In this document: positions 63,039-64,000 of the stretch, one piece after another
How positions within the stretch are numbered: position 1 is the first letter of the stretch
Layout of the letters: each line of letters begins with the position of its first letter
Source: Spizellomyces punctatus DAOM BR117
Lineage: Eukaryota
Length of the DNA: 64,000 bases
Strand: one strand, 5' to 3'
Assembly: GCA_000182565.2 (NCBI GenBank)
Contig: KQ257454.1
Program-made: the position numbers and the translations under genes
The notes under the pieces: model-generated
The model's input: only the letters and a program-made list of their open reading frames with translations
What the model was told of the DNA's origin: nothing
The model's database searches: none

Positions 63039-63620
63039 ATGGCTTTTCACGACGATGCAAAGGGAGGGAAAGCAAGTTTCCGGTTCTGCACAGAATGGTG
63101 AGGAAACCTCTAGAGGCCGCGGAGAGAAGTTTTATCTTTGCAGAGCTCATTGGCTAACCATCGTTCACAAAATAGTGACAACATGCTGTATCCCCGAGAA
63201 GACCGAGGAACACGAGCTCTTCTTTACGGCTGTCGACACTGCAACCATGTAGAGGAAGCAGACTCGACGTGTGTTTATCAACATATAGTATCAGCAACAG
63301 CGAAGTACGGAGAAGTCGAGCGACGATAGCAACCGGACATTTCTAAATCATTGTTATAGAGAGCAAATCGTCGGCACCAAAGACCTTGCAAGCGATCCCA
63401 CCTTCCCGAGAATAGACAAGACTTGTCCCAGGTGTGGTTATCACGAGGCAGTATTCTTTCAATCTAGATCAAAGAGCCGAGACGCGACAATGAAAGTGGG
63501 TGATTTGCTATTCTATCATACTGTCTTTGTCTGTGTTCCGATCGAATTCATCGCATCTTCTTGTAACAGCTCCGCTATGTATGCTGCAACACCCAATGCG
63601 GACATCGATGGACCGAGTGA
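63039..63620 (+). CDS. RPB9: RNA polymerase II subunit Rpb9, 4 exons
   Basis: FRFCTECDNMLYPRED..LLYGCRHC, DLASDPTFPR..CPRCGYHEAVFFQS and YVCCNTQCGHRWTE*. Confidence 0.93.
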
Positions 63621-63893
63621 GCGACTGCATAGTTACCCACAGACATAATCCATGACCTGCGAAGGTTCCTCTGTACAAATTCGTATATATTAGATATTGC
63701 TCTATGACAGAGCACTTGGTTATTACCATTGATTAATTCCACTGCAACAGATACTATCACGAACAGTAACGTACATTGTTCCGGCAAGAGGATAAAGAAA
63801 TTGAGATCCATCTTATCAACATGTAGATTTGATGCAAAGTGCTGCTGCTTTATACTGCTGCTTTATATATTTTGACCACAGCGTCAGCTCAGT

Positions 63894-64000
63894 CTAGTCG
63901 ATTACCATCGTTTCTTGAGAGTTTTTTGGCTGACCTGCAGCCTTCACAGCCACAGGAGGAGGCAAGTGGATGATTTTACCAGAGAATTCATCACCATTGA
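63894..64000 (-). CDS. C-terminal fragment of a gene entering from the window end (possibly SUMO E1 subunit Aos1/SAE1)
   Basis: Open frame NGDEFSGKIIHLPPPVAVKAAGQPKNSQETMVID*. The resemblance to the Aos1 C-terminus is weak. Confidence 0.35.
   Translation of the reverse strand, partial: NGDEFSGKIIHLPPPVAVKAAGQPKNSQETMVID

Noticed and set aside
1..64000. Transposons, tRNA/rRNA, CRISPR, selenoprotein (in-frame TGA) signals
   Set aside because: I saw no transposase/RT motifs, terminal repeats, cloverleafs or regular repeat-spacer arrays. The stops in the exons I traced are explained by introns. Small ncRNAs cannot be excluded without a covariance-model search.

Overview
Gene-dense, intron-rich eukaryotic DNA with short (about 50-100 nt) GT-AG introns, from a flagellated early-diverging fungus, most likely a chytrid. 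The housekeeping genes are fungal-type, yet the ciliary genes ARL6/BBS3 and TCTEX1D2 are retained; a Spizellomycetales-like origin is my inference only. About 32 protein-coding genes can be reconstructed by hand. Recognisable ones are PRP9 (partial), COX19, SLY1, SmE, NOP4, a ZIP zinc transporter, an Mpr1-like GNAT, a CSC1/OSCA channel, ARL6, a nischarin-like LRR protein, MetAP1D, HOP1, a CYP51-clan-like P450, a LETM1-like protein, a UBE2G-type E2, URB2, a HERP-like UBL protein, an NSP-like kelch protein, CGI121, a cytochrome b5-like MAPR, a HAD phosphatase, UAP1, a p24 protein, RPB2, a divergent Cdc20/Fizzy protein, TCTEX1D2 and RPB9. I recognised no transposon, rRNA, tRNA or CRISPR array. 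The most notable items are: (1) a two-exon 94-aa secreted prepropeptide missed by the ORF track, with a GKR amidation-type site, multibasic cleavage sites and a repeated RD(I/Y)PEEL unit; (2) an intron-riddled, prokaryote-type 2TM/1P ion channel with an atypical TVGMGD filter; (3) an intact meiotic HOP1 and a divergent APC/C activator; (4) near-strict strand alternation with 13 compact head-to-head gene pairs. All exon boundaries were read by eye, so spliced CDS limits are approximate.
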